Shown here in pieces: positions 62,033 through 64,000 of a DNA stretch of 64,000 bases. The notes beneath the pieces are model-generated. The model was not told where the DNA came from, made no database searches, and saw only the letters and a program-made list of their open reading frames with translations. The position numbers and the translations under genes were made by a program. The stretch lies in the IMG/VR virus record IMGVR_UViG_3300010338_000756, one strand, 5' to 3'. Origin of the DNA: an uncultured virus (IMG/VR IMGVR_UViG_3300010338_000756). Taxonomy: Duplodnaviria; Heunggongvirae; Uroviricota; Caudoviricetes. Numbering within the stretch: position 1 is the stretch's first letter; every line of letters starts with the position of its first letter.

Positions 62033-62191
62033 CCAGTCATGGCCCCAACCAGTGAGACCGCTCCCGCCCTGCAAGCCAGCACAGATTACGCAGCAACATG
62101 CTGGACAGGCATCTGTCTCCGCAGGTGGCGCACACGCCTCACACGGGTACCCCTCTCTGCGCGGGGCCTCCATTTCGGTAAGGAATGAATC

Positions 62192-62383
62192 ATGCGCATC
62201 CTGAACTTCTGGCACCGCCTGCACACCGAACTCGCCGCCCTGCAAACGGCATGGCGCGAGGACCGCGAACGCGCGCAGCAGATCAAGTACCGGCGCGCGC
62301 TGCGGAAGCGCCGCGTCGTGCTGCCGGCGCCGAGGCCGGATGCCGTCGCCGGCAACTGGTACGGCGACAGGAAGGCGCAGTAA
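62192..62383 (+). CDS. Small hypothetical protein, paralog of 827-1000
   Basis: AAGGA RBS; shared YR.AL.....VVLP motif. Confidence 0.7.
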   Translation: MRILNFWHRLHTELAALQTAWREDRERAQQIKYRRALRKRRVVLPAPRPDAVAGNWYGDRKAQ

Positions 62384-62400
62384 TCCCAATGGAGACTCAC

Positions 62401-63138
62401 ATGGCGAAATCAACCCAGGTTGTCGCGGCCGAGCCGCCGACCGAATCCGGAAACGTTCTGCAGATCATCAGCCGCGCGGCAGCCGACCCGAGCGTGGACA
62501 TCGAGAAGCTGGAACGGCTGCTCGCGATGCAGGAGCGCATCGTCGCCAAGCACGCCGAGAGCGACTTCAACGCGGCGCTGAACGCTGCGCAGACCGAGAT
62601 CGGCACGATTTCAGCCGACGCCGAGAACAGCCAGACGCGCAGCCGCTATGCGACCTACGCGAAGCTCGACAAGGTGCTGCGCCCGATCTACACGCGGCAC
62701 GGCTTCTCGCTCAGTTTCGACGAAACCGACTCGCCGAAGCCGGACCATATCCGTGTTCTGGCGATCCTAGCGCATCGTGGCGGTCACAGTCACACGTACC
62801 AGAAGGACATGCCGGCTGACGGCAAGGGCGCGAAGGGCGGCGACGTCATGACCAAGACGCACGCCGCGGGCGCCGCTGCCAGCTACGGCATGCGATACCT
62901 GCTGAAAGGCATCTTCAACGTCGCAATCGGCGAGGAGGATACCGATGGCAATGAACCGCGCGACGAGCCGCGCATCAGCGAGGACCAGGCCGCGACGTTG
63001 CAGGCGCTGATGGAGGAAGTCGGCGCGGACAAAGCGCGATTCTTCGCCTACCTCAAGATCGGCGCACTCAAGGAAATCCACGCGCGCAACTATTCGAGCA
63101 TCGTGAAGCTGCTCGAATCGAAGCGGAGACGGGCATGA
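62401..63138 (+). CDS. erf: ERF-family single-strand annealing protein
   Basis: DP.VD.EKLERL..M, FNAA...AQ, YAT, P....HG.SLSF, H..GH, G.A.SYG.RY. Confidence 0.85.
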   Translation: MAKSTQVVAAEPPTESGNVLQIISRAAADPSVDIEKLERLLAMQERIVAKHAESDFNAALNAAQTEIGTISADAENSQTRSRYATYAKLDKVLRPIYTRHGFSLSFDETDSPKPDHIRVLAILAHRGGHSHTYQKDMPADGKGAKGGDVMTKTHAAGAAASYGMRYLLKGIFNVAIGEEDTDGNEPRDEPRISEDQAATLQALMEEVGADKARFFAYLKIGALKEIHARNYSSIVKLLESKRRRA

Positions 63139-63776
63139 GCGCGCACGACGTCACCCAGGGAACTGACGATTGGCAGGCGCTGCGCCTCGGCAAGGTGACG
63201 GCCTCGCGCATCGCGGACCTCATGGCACGCACGCGCAACGGTTGGGGAACGTCGCGAGCCAACTACATGGCCGAGCTGGTGGCCGAGCGGCTGACCGGCG
63301 TGAAGACCGAGGGGTTTTCGAACGCGGCTATCAAGTGGGGCTTGGAAATGGAGCCGCAGGCGCGCGACGCCTACGCCTTCTTTGCCGATGTCGATGTCGC
63401 TCAGATCGGTTTCATCGACCACCCGCGAATCGCGATGACCGGCGCATCGCCGGACGGACTCGTAGGCGACGCCGGGCTGGTCGAAATCAAGTGCCCGCTC
63501 ACTGCCACGCACATCGAGACTCTGCTGACCGCCTCGGTGCGGGAGAAATACCTGTATCAGATGCAGTGGCAGATGGCCTGCACCGGCCGGCAGTGGTGCG
63601 ACTTCGTCAGCTACGACCCGCGCATGCCGGAACGCATGCGCTATTTCTGCCAGCGCGTGCCGCGAGACGACCGCCTGATCGCGACCTTGGAGCGCGAGGT
63701 CTCGGAATTCCTTCGAGAGGTAGCAGATAAGGTCGCCTCCCTGCAATCGAAGTATCCAGAGAGGTTGGCCGCATGA
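63135..63776 (+). CDS. YqaJ / lambda-exonuclease-family nuclease (copy 2)
   Basis: QGT.DW...RLGKVTAS, WG...EP.AR, GASPDGLVG, EIKCP, QMQWQM, WCDFVSYDPR. Confidence 0.92.
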   Translation: MSAHDVTQGTDDWQALRLGKVTASRIADLMARTRNGWGTSRANYMAELVAERLTGVKTEGFSNAAIKWGLEMEPQARDAYAFFADVDVAQIGFIDHPRIAMTGASPDGLVGDAGLVEIKCPLTATHIETLLTASVREKYLYQMQWQMACTGRQWCDFVSYDPRMPERMRYFCQRVPRDDRLIATLEREVSEFLREVADKVASLQSKYPERLAA

Positions 63777-63991
63777 CCGGCGGACGCGGCAAGACGGGCG
63801 TGACGGCTGCGCAAGCGATGCTGCTTGCGGGCCGTGGCCGCCTGCGACGTCGTCTCAAGGCGCGCATTCGCACACTGCGCGCGGCGCTGGACGCCATCCC
63901 GACGCAGGCCGAAACGGCGCGCCACCTCGGACTGAGTGAGTCGACAATCTCGCGCTACGAGCGCGGCCAGCATATCAAGGCGCACCGATGA
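63773..63991 (+). CDS. Helix-turn-helix protein
   Basis: TQAETARHLGLSESTISRYERG. Confidence 0.75.
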   Translation: MTGGRGKTGVTAAQAMLLAGRGRLRRRLKARIRTLRAALDAIPTQAETARHLGLSESTISRYERGQHIKAHR

Positions 63992-64000
63992 CCGTCCCCC

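Noticed and set aside
62033..62191. Intergenic stretch with a CCAGCA/TGCTGG stem as a small RNA
   Set aside because: Only short stems, within chance expectation at this GC content
1..64000. Alternative genetic code or stop-codon recoding
   Set aside because: Core genes are full length in the standard code, all three stops are used, and no suppressor tRNA was seen

Overview
This GC-rich window is a tailed-phage genome with podovirus-like organisation; no host genes were recognised. Spanins point to a Gram-negative host. The long minus-strand morphogenesis arm (47516 to 3360) runs TerS, TerL, portal, GroES-like co-chaperonin, scaffold, Mu-gpT-like major capsid, a methyltransferase/Maf-like fusion, tail/adaptor/nozzle genes, a GNAT, internal virion proteins, a 4636-aa polyvalent protein and a lysis cassette. 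A tRNA-Pro(UGG) sits on the opposite strand between TerL and portal. A minus-strand block encodes an SF2 helicase, a Ref-like nuclease and RusA. A plus-strand early arm encodes RecT, YqaJ, SSB, small paralogous proteins, an Acb2/Tad1-like protein, ERF and a second YqaJ; a DHH phosphoesterase lies near the window start. Bases 1-127 are identical to 60739-60865, so 1-60738 may be one circular genome and 60866-64000 a related variant or an assembly branch. I recognised no integrase, DNA polymerase, primase, initiator or ParA/ParB. The most striking signal is the largely non-coding control region at about 53340-54460. It holds a chromosomal-type parS palindrome over a start codon, a 600-nt multi-stem element with GNRA loops and a possible pseudoknot, twin palindromes and GAGTC iteron-like repeats. 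All family calls come from motif recognition by eye, with no database searches.
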